Source of the DNA: Xylographa opegraphella
Lineage: Eukaryota
Reading direction: 5' to 3'
Length of the DNA: 64,000 nucleotides
NCBI GenBank assembly: GCA_022813865.1
Contig: JALDZX010000023.1
Coordinates: 1 to 64,000 of the forward strand
Shown: positions 27,906-41,199 of the stretch, piece after piece
How positions within the stretch are numbered: the first letter of the stretch is position 1
Layout: every line of letters begins with the position of its first letter
Made by a program: the position numbers and the translations under genes
The notes under the pieces: generated by a model
Database searches by the model: none
What the model saw: only the letters and a program-made list of their open reading frames with translations
Told to the model about the DNA's origin: nothing

Positions 27906-30900
27906 CGCACCCTCTCACAAACTGTGTCTCGATAATTGTTCAATATATGTACATTATTCCTATGCTACTCCGGTGGTGCAAAGTACCTGCGGTCGTGACT
28001 ACATGCCAGTAGTGACGTCCCAACGTTTCGCCGTGGGATGTTCGTCGGACTGGTGCCACCTACGAGGATCACCCGAAGGACTCCCGATTGCATGCTTTCG
28101 CTCTTTCGATGATGCTGCGCCGCATGACGAGGGGAACCAAGAAGCGTAGCGCATCATTCGCGTAGCCTGTAAGCACTGTTGAAGTGTCCCACACGTTCAC
28201 GACAGTCTGGTGGAGATTGAAGCTCCATTCCAGAGCTCGCACAGCGGGTGGCTTGATTGACCCAGGACCAACAACCACGGAACTTGGCTTTCATCCGAAA
28301 CAGCCCAGATTTGCGGACCCGAATGGGTGTATGAGCGATGACTGATTAGATTAGATGGGGAGCTCCGAGTGCTTCCACTAACGCGCCGTGTCGTGGCTCT
28401 AGTACCGATGGAGTTGTGTGAAACGGAGGCGCTCAAGATTATGAAAACCCTTTGAAGCTGCATGCGGTTCCCTGTTCCTGTGTTACCCATTCAGATGCTC
28501 CGTTGTGCGTCACATTTGGGTCACATTCTGGGAGTTCAAATTGGGGCGTGTCGGGCCCAGCATGGTGGGGCAATCAATGTCGTGCACTATTATTGTAGAT
28601 GTACCTTCCTCGGAGATCTTGCGACGATGAAACCCTCTCATTTATCGTTGTCACGTTACGACCTTGTGCACTTTTTGCCCAAGAACCGTATGTAAGGACG
28701 AACGCATGTGTCGGCTGTCGCTTTTGTGAATTGTATTGTGCGTCGTTGTGCTGCACAAGATACGTTGTACATCACCTCATGAATCCTTCCACCTGCCGAA
28801 GCCGGTAGGAGGGAATATTGGTATGTTCACGGCCTTCAATTTCTTGTGCCAGTCATGGCTGAAACAATGCGGTGCCAATTAATCTGAACTCCTCCACTGG
28901 GGATAAGCCATTCCAATTTCGCATAAGACCTTCGCTATCCTTGCTACCTATTTACTCATAGGATGTGAATGTGTCCCTAAACCCGTCCCATGCCGGTTTT
29001 ATCATCCTCGTCAAGCCAAGGCCGTTTCTCAGTCTTTATTGTAGCTGTTTCAGCTCATTTCGCCAGAGGCCACAGCACAGCAAGGGTGGCGAACAAGCTA
29101 TGTTGTATGCCCGATCGTGTGGTATCGATGTGATGAGACCAAGTGCGACCTTTAGTGGTTCGGGAATTCTCCTTTTCAATGCGGAGACTCCTGCCCATGT
29201 CACGACGAAGCGGGAATAAATGTCGTTCCTGAAATGAGGGCTCGATGTGTACTCTTATGCTTTACGTAGATATGGTATGCGTTCTCAAATGGGGATTGGG
29301 ATTGCTCGCCTCTCGTTCGTCGCTCGTGTTCGAATATGTCCACCACAGATCGGACCAAGCTTGGATTTTATCAGGATAACCGAAGTCTGACTGACAGGTT
29401 GTCACAGCTTGCCCAGCCTGAGCTATCAGTCTCAAGCCTGATCGCCCTGCGTGCATGTACTCGGTATCTCCTAGGATCTTGTCCAGAAAAAGACTGCTGA
29501 TGCGTCTCCACACGTCTGCATATAACATCGATCAGTAGTGCAAAAACAAACATGCATTAAACGGCAGGCTGAAAGAATCAAGCAGCCGGCTTTGCGCGCA
29601 CAGTTGCGTCTGGGATGTACATAAGTCGCAGCTCACACCCTTTTCTTCACAGAATTGGTAGTGAACGGGATGGCCACAATCCACCCGATAAACTTAAAGA
29701 TCGATGTCGCTATGGATAGGTGAAGAGTATGGATTAAGAGATAAAGGGGGCATGACGATACGGTCGTCTGTTCTGTGAAAGGAGCCATGTAGAACTGGAA
29801 ATAAAGATTCACGATGCTGTATAACCTATAGTGGAGGTGATCCACAGCCTCTGAACGTCTACTACCTATTCCACCACCAAAGTACCTATAACATACTGGT
29901 ATCTACTACGATATTACTAAAGCGGCGAAAGGCCCAGATGAGATCCCGGTAGACCATTAGCTGTCGAGCAAATTATACAGAGAAGAAAGTTTGTCAGGTG
30001 GAGGAGAAGCATGAGGGCCAGTACAAGGGCGTAGCACGCCTTCAGAATTCTACACCGTCAACCACATGTTCGACATCCTCGAAATGGCACGTCAGTACCG
30101 CCCCGCGCTGAACTTGAAACATAAGGATGTTTCGAGCATAACCCGCCGCAGCGGAGTTCTGTCAACCCTGAGTTGCTTGAGTGTGTGTTAGGGCTGGTGA
30201 AAGCCGAGGGTTTTGCTGTAGGCAAGAAGGAGGTTTGTTGAGGTACCGGAATTTGGTAATGAGCTTGACTATCAAAGGAGCAGTCGTGTATGAAAGGTGA
30301 GGTGGTAGTGACCATTAAAACGATCTAACCAGTTCTACATAGCAACGTTTCTGCTATCGACAAGTCGCACCGAGAGCGACTGTAAAGCCACACTAATGAT
30401 ATCGCATACTGATTCGATATGACGGGAACACTTCGTGTAGGCCACAGCCACCAAAGTAGCCTTCTTCAAGGTTGAATTCCGGAGAGTGCTTTTCCACCGT
30501 TGTATGCGTATGTCCTTCTTGTTTCCTGGCGTATCTCGTGAACGGTCAATGGCTTTCACGTCACCCGTTCGCACACAATCGCTGACGACTACAAGGCTCT
30601 GCTTGAAGAGAGCATCGGTCGGTCTCCGGTATCGTCGGCCGGGAGATGCCATGCAGCTGTGCTCAACACCGAGCTATTTATCCCTCAAGTCATCATAAGC
30701 ATGGGTGAATCGAGTGCGGACAGCTCGGTTCATGGGGCTTTGGCTCATTCTTCACATCACATTCACGAGTAAGCAAGTCTACGGAGTGAACGAACTGGTG
30801 GTATTACAATTCCGTACTATAGAAAGCCATAGCAATGGCTGCGGAAGAGCTCTATGACAGCGATAGAATGAGATCGCTCATCAACAAACACACAGTTATT

Positions 30901-31069
30901 ACATAATCTAGTAAGATTGCGCGATAACGCCGCTGTCGCTGCTGTGCCCGCAGTGCAATGTGCACTGCCGGGTGGTATCACTGTTAGATGCGAGAATTAA
31001 GGAAAAGGAACGAAGCTGAAGCAACGTCGAGCGGTCACACGGCAAGGGCTGGAGCGGATGCAAGGACCC

Positions 31070-33434
31070 CTAGCCTTTCCGCCGATGCAATTTCCATTCT
31101 GCCTTGGCCACCCGCATCAGCAGCTCCTCGTCCCGGATGGGAATCCAGCTTGTGAGAACCTTCATCGCGTTTTCGAAATCCGAGTCTAGCAGGATCTCAC
31201 GAGTACCGTCGATGAGTGCTGCAGAAGTGGCGTGGAGGACGTCGAGCCCCCCGTTGAAAGATGGCGTTTTCTTATTTATAGAATGAACATCGGTAGTTGC
31301 ATCACCCAGGAGCATCCATACGTCCCAAACGCGTAGTTGTGCTGGAAAAGGGATGGAGTAATTGAAGACGGTCAGGTACCAGCGAGTACCATAGGCTGTG
31401 GGTGAAATACCAAGCTCGGTCTGAAGTAGGAGATTTATTAGTGCTCAGTCAATGTATGACTTGCTGGTTAATGGGGCTCACCAATTTTTTGGCAACCTCG
31501 CCACCAAGGAGCCACTTCTTCTCAAATTCATCCAAAGCTTCCATTAAACCATCAAATCCTGGCTGATACAACCGCGCGAGATCTCTGAGCTGCCACATTC
31601 TTACAAGCATCACGAATGTCATTTCTTCGTCGAAATAACACAGAAGAGTGGCCGCTAAAGCAGCCATGCCTTGTACATAGCCGGTGTCCGGAAAGTAGAT
31701 CGACAGACAATGAAGAACTCGGAAGAGTAGTCTCTGCCCACCTCTGTATCGCCGGCGGAACATGATATGACTATTGATCGTCCGTGGAACATCAATGTCA
31801 ATTTGTACATCATCCGGTGAACCCTGATCCAATAGCTCATTAAAACTTCCAATGAGTTCCTCGTCAGAAGGACTTGCGTGGCCTCTCTTGGCGCTCGAAC
31901 TGAGGAAGGCGTGCCATGCTGTGGCTCTCCATCGATCCGGGATGCCCTTCCACGTCCGTTGAATCAGCTTGGGGTCCTTGACATCAAACTCGAAAACCAT
32001 GCCTCCTCCAACTCCATTTCTCTTGACCGGTTTGGCCATCTTCCTCCACTTCTCTTCTCTCTCCCACTCTTTCCGTTTGACAACATCCACATCCACCGCT
32101 TTGCCAGTCGATTCATGTTCCGCAATATCTGCAAGGCCAGGAGGCATGGTAAGCATGTCACCAGCCTCATCCATACAACGACGTTCCCGATTATGCGGTA
32201 GAAAGTTCGTTGCTGAGCGCATTCGTGAACCAGATCGAGCTGTTGTACTCCGGTAAGAACCCTGTGATGAGGGCGGACGGCTGTCAACTTTCGCTTGTGA
32301 TTTGGTATGGTTCGTAGACCGTGTAGATCCGTTAACAGATGGTACTCTTCCCATTAGCTTACGCTCTTTTCTTGGTAACTCCGACGCCAGCTGTAGCACT
32401 GTAGAAGCGCGATGCAATTGAGGGGGTTTGGAGGTGAGAGGAATGGAGTCGCTTGAATCCGGGGGTAGAATGGAAACTCTCGGGACAATAAAGCCGTAAC
32501 GGTCAAGATCACCCCCATTAATGTCCCGCCAGTCCTCTGCGCCTCCCGCCAATTCATGGTCTTCGCGCTTGATGAAGCTCACACGGCGGCTCCTGTGCGA
32601 TTTGATCTTCTCCAGAATGTGGCCATTGGGTACCTGAGAAGGTTCGATGCCCTCGATAGCTTCCTCCTCCGCCCCAGTGCCAGCAGCACTCGTTAAGCTG
32701 TCTTTAATTTCTGCTGTGTCTTGGTCGGTACCTGCCTCGTACATTGACCGGACTTTCAGCGACAGCATCTGATCATCAGCAGAGAGAATCCGTGTTGGTA
32801 GGCTTAAGGGCGCAGGAGCTCGGGGGTGGGATGACCGAGCTATGCGGCTTCTGGCTCTAATATGACCATTTCCTCCATTGGCTAAATTTTTCTTGTTCCC
32901 AGCTATCAACATGCTGCCACGCTTCGAGAATTCTGCCTTGTCTAATGAAGTCAAGTCCTCGAAGTCAATAGAAGGTATATCCGTTGTGATCCCTCTGAAA
33001 GTCGTCTCCGTCATCTCTCCCTGTAGCTTCGCTGACGATCGCTTTCGGGGGCTCCAACTCCTAAACTTCTTGATTGATGGCGGCGCCGATCTAGACGAAG
33101 CAACACTGGGTAAGCTGGAAATAGGCTGGACACTGGCAGCGGACTCCACATCGGTCAAAGTTGTTCCGGACTCTTGAGCTGTCGAATTGGAGGGTGCAAG
33201 CCCACTGTCCCGCCTCGAATCATTGTGTAATCGGGTTCGAGCGGTGTTCGCTGGGAGACTCGGAGCTGGCGAGGTACTTGTGCGTAGCAGAGGGTGGACG
33301 CCCAGGCGTGCAGAAGAAGGTGGAGGCGGCGCGACGATAATATTTACTGGCGGGTTGCCGTGCATTGTAGATTCATATGGTATACCGCGGAGATCGTTGG
33401 GCTCTGCCGATGTGGAGGGAGGTTTAATGGCCAT
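31070..33434 (-). CDS. TBC-domain Rab GTPase-activating protein (exons 33434-31482, 31420-31070)
   Basis: DLDRYGF, WKGIPDRWRATAW, arginine finger QIDIDVPRT, glutamine finger YVQGM. Second exon reads YGTRWYLTVFNYSIPFPAQLRVWD. Start codon is tentative. Confidence 0.93.
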
Positions 33435-33750
33435 CCTGGCGCATCTAGAAAGTCTGAGAACTTGTCTCTGTCGAATACAAGGGTTGTCGATGATATTCCA
33501 TCCCGGTCAAGGAATTACAAGCTACCGAGTGTCTGACAACTTGAGGTGACTGCGGCAAGGGCTGTGGAGGATGCAAATGGCCGTTGCGGGTTAGATATGG
33601 AGTACCTATCCGTACCTTAGTAGTAAGTGAGAGTGAGATGACAGCAGGGGAGACTGACACAAGAGCAACACTTCTGGCCAGTAGGACGAGGTGGACGCAC
33701 GGGCCTTTCTGAGGTCTTTTCGCTTCAACCTGCCCCAGATCCGCCGGGCC

Positions 33751-33790
33751 GACATTACCCGACATGACCCGACATGACCCGACACGACCC
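33751..33790. repeat. 10-bp tandem repeat (GACATGACCC) x4, imperfect
   Basis: gacattaccc gacatgaccc gacatgaccc gacacgaccc, upstream of the TBC gene. Confidence 0.85.
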
Positions 33791-36661
33791 CTGCCCCTTC
33801 CGTCTTCGCGCTCACGTGAGGAGTACGGAGGTACCGGAGTACCACATTAGATCAAGCACTGAGAAAGATCAGGCCATTGTGGTCGAGTATGCATGGTGAC
33901 AAGCTACGTGCAACGAGGCAATATATGTCCTCTGTAGATATGGAGTATTAGTGTTGGACTTCCTTCTCGGAGTGAGCGAGTCCGCTGAGAAAGCCTTCAT
34001 TATCCTACTTTCCCGATCCTCCAACCCTTTTCCTTGCGATTGTTTCTCACACACTTGCCACATGCCTAGCTACTGTGTTGTGCATCCTACATCCTTATTC
34101 CGAGCCCACATACATACAGTACATCAACTTCCAGCGCTACTGGAGCCTTGCCCTGCTCTCACTCAACACTATGTAGCGAACCGTCGTGGGATCAGGCAGA
34201 TGTGACATCCTTCGCTTCTCTTAAGCCCGCCTTGCTGTAGGTACAATGTTATTTGCACCGACACATCAACGCTGTCTGCAAGATAATCTTAGATTCTTAT
34301 TCTTCAATCCGGTCACATGTCGTCTTGGTACATATCAATTTGAGTATCCATCACTCCTCTAGCGCCACCCTGTAAGCAGATCTCCTCAGCACGCTATGGA
34401 CTTGAGATTCAACACAGGAAACACACCTTATTTTCACAGACGCGAATCGTGAATTGGTCTACACAGGCGGAAGCACTCGGTGACCATGACCAGGTCGCCA
34501 GCGATGACATGACTCCACCAGGATGGCCAGGTCTTCGATTGCGCTTGATTCCGATATCAGGAACGTCCCATCGATGCTTAGTGGCCTTAGCCTCAAGCAG
34601 ATCGTGGTCCACAGGATAACATAATCAGCTGTAGCACGAAACAAAGTCCCATCATCATGAGCTATCCCCTTGATCCCTTGATATCGTATTCGTGCAGCGA
34701 ATCTCTCAGTCATGGATTTGGAATGGCCAGCGTTATTATTCACCCTGCGAATTCCAATGATAATCTCATGGTGGCACAAAGGCGTAGCAGCATGCGTAAT
34801 ATGGGACTAGAAATCGCATGATTCCTTACTCCTGATCGGAGAGCAAGATCAACTTCGTCCCTCGAGGGGTTTAGAAAGTCGCAGTGAGGTTGTGGACTGA
34901 AATCTACCAACATGTGCAGATATCGTTGAAGTGTGGAGATCATCAATAGCGAAGCACAGTTCGCAATTCTGGATACGTTGAAAGCATCCAGAGATGAGCG
35001 ATAATTGGTTGTCTCGTGTAGCATGCACACTTGAGTCTTGGATTTGATAATTCATGCTGACCTGAGAAATGATTTACGGGACACGAAAACATAGTGCAAA
35101 GGCTTATCAGACTCGTATATCTTACCTGGATAGTGTCCTCCGGTGTGCTTAGCTGGCCTCGACTCTGAACAGTATTGAGGATGTTTCCGACCCGCATATC
35201 TCCCACGAAAGCGCGGAGACCTTTCTACTGCGACCGACTGGCCTTCATCCTCCAGCGTTGGTACTATCCGTTCAGCACATTGACATACGCGGCACAGTGC
35301 CATACGCATACTGAGCTCCAGTCTTGTATCATTGGACTGTTCCATTTGATACCTTAGTCCTTTACTTGCCAGGCCCGCTCGCTGCGCGTCATCGGCCGTC
35401 AGATGCAGCCTTTTCTGTGGCTGGAGTGTCAGAACCAGATGGCAGAACGTGGTTGTCGGAAGTATGTCGCAGCCGGCGACAGCGCAACGCCCGATGCAAA
35501 GGCCATGATTGGCGACGGACGATAACGTGACGGTGCTGATGCTGCTGTGCAAGGTCGCACGCAGTCGGGCAAGCGTGGAGCAACGCCTCGCTAAGACGAT
35601 TTAGACCTTGGCCCATGCGGAGGCCTGTAAAGCAACGACACCGACTAATCGAAGTAAAAAAGCGAGACCGTTGAGCCATTGGCAGGCACCGCCGAGAGTG
35701 CCTGTCTAGGACTGGAACTCTCAATCTTCTTCATACCATTCTTCTGCTACTGCCGGCCTTGGAATCTGGTCTGCCCCTCGTCCGCATTCTTGACGATCCA
35801 CGAAGCTTCTCGAGGCTGGTCCCTGGCGATTGGGCACAAACAATGCGCATTTAAGCGGTAGACAACGCATCAGGCATACGGCACCCAGCAATGAAGCGTG
35901 GCATGCTAAATTGGCTGTGAGCACTGGCCTGACACCGACCTTTTCACTTACTCCTTCCGGCGCTCGCTCGATGTCAGGCAGTCGCTGGCGGGATATCTCC
36001 CTTGGCCTCGTCCACCCCGGCTACCAATGAGCTGCATCCTGACCGCAGCACGTCACACACAGTCTAGACTGGCAAAAAGCACACCGTCTATCTCTCCACG
36101 GCTCGTGCCAATCGTACCAATAGCCGCGCCTGACACCGGCTTAGCCTGTTCACAATCTTCAAGCAGCAAGGGATCTAACGAAAACTCGCGGCCGCCATGG
36201 AGGGTCTCTGTTCCCTTTCACAGGACGAAGCCGGGGTCGGGGTTCTCGGAAGCCCTGCTCTAGGCAAAGATGATAATGCAGCTTACATTCTTGCGAAGCG
36301 GGGTTGAGCATTCTGTCAACAGATACGAAATGAGGGTAGAGGTCCCTCTCTCCATCCATCGCCGATGGGCTAGGGCTCGGGGTGGACATAAAAGGAGGGC
36401 CAATGTCTCCTCGCTGGCTTCCTGCTCTTTCTTCCTTTCATATCTCCCAAGCAACCTTCATCCACATCCATCTCTCCTCTCTGTTCCTTCCGCAGTAAGC
36501 AAGATTCAATTTTACTTTGAGACATCTATCCTTGCTTGAAGACTTCTTGGTGCTATATATACTTCCATTCTCAGTCGTCCAGCCCTTTTCAACGCGCTTC
36601 GTCGTCACAGTACACATCCGCTATCACGACAGACTCTTGTTTGCATTTTCAAGTACCCAAT

Positions 36662-37395
36662 ATGCCTGTTACACAATCTCGTTACCAGGTCACAACCTCT
36701 TCTCTTCCCCGAGCCATGCCGGGGAAATCTCCACTCTATACTCCCGTTGCCAAGCTTGTACCATACACTCGCGTTGCGATATCCCCACCAAGCGCTGGCT
36801 CGAGTGTCAATACCTCAGCCGTGCCATCCCTTACGTCTGGCAGCTATGCTGGAAGCGCATCTGGCGATCATGAAAGCTCGGATGCTGGTGCTCACGGCGT
36901 TGACCTAATCGATATGATGAGCAATCGCTTGGGAAACGTGATCGATCCGTTACCTTTGGACAGGAGCCTCGCCAGACAAGCACAAGCGTAGGTTCCATAA
37001 TCCTCTGACCCTGGGTACTCTGCTTTGAACTCGAGAAAATCTGGGGACTGACCGTATCCAGATCGGGCGAATTGAACGCTAAACAACGAGAACTCCAAGA
37101 ACTGCAGGCTCTAGCACAGCGGCGGCTGAAGGGCACTCGTGCCAACCTTGCCGATGGAATGAAAGCCGCCAAGGAAGTTAGGCGAGATCTCGAATGGACG
37201 CAGAAGCGTGTCAGGTATGTGATCGCGAAATTCCATGCATTTTAATGGGCGTATCAGCACCTCCGAAAGCGCGGTTCGAGATAATCGCAGGGCGCTAACC
37301 AATCTTGCAGTTCACTAAATGCGAAAGCAGCACAGAAACATCCCACGGCCTACAAAACAGCGAGTGCACGGTATCCTGCACCACTTGATTGCTAG
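36662..37395 (+). CDS. KXD1: KxDL-domain protein, BLOC-1/BORC subunit KXD1-like (exons 36662-36987, 37042-37214, 37311-37395)
   Basis: Spliced product has a Ser-rich N-terminus, then DLIDMMSNRLGNVIDPLPLDRSLARQAQASGELNAKQRELQELQALAQRRL...KEVRRDLEWTQKRVSSLNAKAAQKHPTAY. The coiled coil, R/KxDL motif and terminal HPxxY fit KXD1. Both introns are canonical. Confidence 0.8.
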
Positions 37396-38177
37396 GCTCG
37401 GATGAGAATATCTCTCCTTACATATCGAACACCTTCAAATGAACAGGCGTCGTCTCGCTCGAATTTATGTACTTATGTTGTGGAGGAGGTTGTTGTGACT
37501 GCTCTCGCTTGTCGTCTCATTTAGCGCTATGCGAAAAGTCTCTCGCTGCTTTTGCACGACTTCCGCGGGCCCCTAGTCAGCAAGCGCTTGTTGCGTAGCA
37601 GGGAAATTTGTATCGGCTGCCCTAATTCGTGGAGTACACGCCAAGCGTCTTGCGCTACAAAGGGATGGTGTGGCTATCCTGGATCCCAGAGGGTTCCTGG
37701 TCTACCGTTGTCCATGAGAAGGTGTGCTTCGTCTTGCAGAAGAGCTTATTTGGACCACGTAGCACGTGGCTCAGTGTCTACAATCACGTGGCTACCTTCT
37801 AGACTTCCTGTGACCTGTAGGTGGCAGCATATTGTGTACATATTTCACACTACTGGGAGTAGCGATCGGTCCGAGACAGTCAAAATCGCTGTGAATCGAA
37901 TCAAAGGAGCAAGAGCTCTCCGGCCAGGCTTTCTCTGTCCGCATAAAGGCTGGTCCCTATAGAAATACCGCCTCTATTCCTACAGGTATCCAGCAAGCAG
38001 CCCTTTACCCTTCAACCCCTCTTCAAACCACATCACCTTCCGTCCGGGATGTTCTTGACCCGCCCGTTTCCCTACTCCAGCAATCTTCACCAATCGTGAC
38101 GATTACCGTACCCCACTGGATCTATTCACAGCTGTCTTTGTGCCCCGCTACCTGCATAGGTAGCCACTCACAGCCTC

Positions 38178-39152
38178 TCACCTCCCCACCAAGTCCTTCC
38201 ACGGATCCTCCACAAAACTCGCATCGTAGTACACCAGATCCCCTTTCTCGTTCCTCACACCCTTCCTCAAGGCATTCCAATCATAGTAGCCTTCTCGACT
38301 CTGGCTCTGATGCGTCCGCACGGGCAGATCCTCTGGCCTGTCGCTCGATGCTAGAGGGTGTCCGAACGGTACCGGACCAGCGTCCCCATCTACCTCTTCC
38401 TTTTGCTCTTCGACCTGCCTCGCAAGTGTGACCTCTCCATCAACTGGCGAAACCTCGGCCTCGTTGGTGAGATACGTATTCTTCCTGTGGAACGGGCTGC
38501 TCGGCGGCGTCGAGTCGACATACCTCGGCATGCCATCGTCCTCCGCTCCACTTCGTTCCTCTCGTAAATCAGGAGACAGGGCAAGTCCGATCCTCATACC
38601 CAACCTCTCATCAGCATCATTCTTCCCTTCCCTCCCAGTTCTCGTCCCCAACGGTGTACTGTTACTGCCACTTGCCTCTTCTCCATTACCCTTTCCCCCT
38701 CCTCTCCCGCCACGTCCCCGCCTCGCTCCTCCTCCTAACACCCGATCCCTGCCCATCCCTCTTTCTCCCTCCGCATATCTTTCATGGCCTCCCCGGTCAC
38801 TCCGTTCGGAAAGGCCCCCATTATGCCGATCCCCAGCCCAGCCCAAAGTCCCGCTGTTTGCCCCCGTCCCTACTGATGGCGGCGGCTTTCTCGGCAGGCT
38901 GGCATGTGTAGGCGGAAGGAAGGAGGTCATCGCGTCGGCGGCGGGGTTGTACTTCCGCTTCTTGGCGCTGGGCTGCGCGCCAAAGGAAGCGAATCCCATC
39001 TGCGCGGCGAGGTCCGAGCTGAAGTCGGATGGCGGGGCGGAGTCAGAGTCGGAGTCGGGGTCGGGGTCGAGGTCCTCAAGCGTGGGAGGTGAGGTATGTG
39101 GCTCCATCGTCGCGATATGGGGCTTGAGCTTGGTTGTGGAAATGGTAGGCAT
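38178..39152 (-). CDS. Disordered protein with MGFASFG, RGG and C-terminal YYDASFVEDPW (MPLKIP/TTDN1-like) motifs
   Basis: 324-aa single ORF with LAAQMGFASFGAQPSAKKRKYNP, a GRGGRGG patch and DWNALRKGVRNEKGDLVYYDASFVEDPWKDL. The start may be 39152 or the next Met. Confidence 0.8.
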   Translation of the reverse strand: MPTISTTKLKPHIATMEPHTSPPTLEDLDPDPDSDSDSAPPSDFSSDLAAQMGFASFGAQPSAKKRKYNPAADAMTSFLPPTHASLPRKPPPSVGTGANSGTLGWAGDRHNGGLSERSDRGGHERYAEGERGMGRDRVLGGGARRGRGGRGGGKGNGEEASGSNSTPLGTRTGREGKNDADERLGMRIGLALSPDLREERSGAEDDGMPRYVDSTPPSSPFHRKNTYLTNEAEVSPVDGEVTLARQVEEQKEEVDGDAGPVPFGHPLASSDRPEDLPVRTHQSQSREGYYDWNALRKGVRNEKGDLVYYDASFVEDPWKDLVGR

Positions 39153-41199
39153 GAATCCGAAATGGGAAAAGCGAATAGGTTGCGTCTAGGGGTGGCACCA
39201 CGGGAGGCTAGGAGAGATGGACACGGAGGGTGTGCGAAAGCAGCATGAGCCTGTTAGCGGTCAAGATGGCTATCGTGGTTTGTACTGTTATCATCCACTT
39301 TGTTCGATAGCAGCGACTCTCCAGTAGGGTAGGAGCCAAAGGTATCGAGTTCGGAATGAAATGCTCTTCGGTCACGATCTACATTCGATTATATAGTCAT
39401 GCTTATACCAGCGAGCCTGCCACTAGAATGCTTCACGAGTGTGTGCCCGTCATCTGCTTGAAACTTCCGCTTCGCAGCAGTCACGCTCTCACCTCCGCTG
39501 TCGCTGTTGTTCCCGCTACAGTTCACAAAGTTCGAAGCCGACAGCAACAATAATCTGCGAGGTTAGCGGAGGTGGCGGAGGTAGCGGAAGCAGGAAGGAC
39601 CGTGTTACGTGATAATATCTGGGTAGGGTGCAAAATCTAGAACGAAGGTCATATTGGCGGAAGATTTCCGCAACTTCCAGCGGAAAGTATAGCGCCGTCA
39701 TATAACCTACCTTAGCTCTGACTGCTCCAGAGCCAAGTCATAGCGAGAGCGCACCGATAGTGAAATTGGTCACTTTACAAGGGGAGAGTTGTGGAAGTGC
39801 TGGGATAAGGTAGATAAAAAGGTTTCGAACTTCTTCATCCAGCATCTTACTGTCATCGCGCGTTTGGTAACAGGCATCAAGGACAGCAACGACATGAGCT
39901 ATGTGCTATTCTTTGCTTCATAGTACTCATAATGATAAATACTCTCTCGTCACCTTGTCTGTTGATTTATCAAGCTTATTGGGCCTATTGCGTTACCATG
40001 CGGTCTCTCGCTGATCTGAGAAGTGGGACTCTGGGTATGTCTTGCGGTTGGTCTTGTTGCATCGGTGGACATTGCTGCCAACAAGCTGGAAGTTTGGTCC
40101 ACAGCTCTGGTCCATATTCGGTATTGAAGCCGTCTGTATTCGCCAAATTGCCACAGAATCATCCCCGAAATCCATATCATCCACTGTCACTGCGCCCTCA
40201 GATCAACTCTCGTGGCGTGCAGATCACCTTCGTGTCCCTCGTGCAGCACGAGAAACTTCGGCGTCAACTGCGCACCAGGGTACGTAGTCTGTGCATGTGA
40301 CGTAACCTGTGATGACCTCGCGCAGCCAGGGATTCACAATATGCGCGTCGGCGGGGGTCCGGATGGGTGTGTGAGATGCATCGAATCCAGGAACTGACGT
40401 GAGCTTCTGAGGAACCGACAACTTTGACACAGCCGTGGTAGAGGGGACCGGGCAGAACCAGCGACAGCGCACTCCCTAAGGAGGTGGTTCTGGTATGGGG
40501 AAGACTGGCACCGATGCCTTAGAAATTGGCATTGGGGGAGCAGAGGCTGTCTGGCCAATGGTTCAGAGTTGTGGATGGGGTGCTTGCAATTAGTAGGAAG
40601 AAGAAACAGAAGGTTGTACAGAGGTTCGATGGGACTGAAGTCGACTTGATAGAAAGCAATAGCACGCGCAACGGCAGAAAGGAGAAGCAAAGGCATGTTC
40701 AACGATTGACCACTTGTAGTCTGCCAATGTGTTCTGGTCAATCCGATGTGGAATCCTTCGGCCACTTAATGTATACATAGGCTCCTTGGTAGTCAATAGA
40801 AAACGATTGGTTTGTTCCTAGAAACCTAACGTAAACGCGCGTTTATCAATGGTGTTTCCCTCGCGAGCCTCGGTCTATCATAATTACCTACCTCACAAAT
40901 GTAACAACCCAAGCTTTTTCAAAACGGACGTCTACTTTGGCGGCGCATCAATGTCTGACCGACCTTTGCATGGGGATCTTGAATTCACAGCTTGTCAAAC
41001 GGCTCCACGATTTCGTCGATGAGTCAGAATTGATTTTATACTGTTGTAACGGTATCGCTGTTATCAGCTTGCAGTGTATGCTAACGGTATCTATAGCTTA
41101 CAACAGAAATACACATGATAGATCGTATAGTGAGGAGGCGCTAAGAACTCCACATACACGAGGGAGCTACCCCTTTGGAACTGCACTCCACCGTAAGAT

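Noticed and set aside
28000..31000. 3-kb gap with short ORFs between the polyQ and TBC genes
   Set aside because: No coherent reading frame, domain motif or RNA-gene signature found by eye.
33900..36500. Short ORFs between the TBC and KXD1 genes
   Set aside because: No family resemblance. Treated as divergent intergenic DNA, though a decayed gene cannot be excluded.
38428..39189. 253-aa antisense ORF, and similar shadow ORFs over ARO1, RAT1, SEC18 and the FMO
   Set aside because: Antisense or alternate-frame shadows of real GC-rich coding sequence.
39900..40800. Possible decayed plus-strand gene
   Set aside because: Fragments look vaguely protein-like but match no motif I can name. Would need BLASTx.
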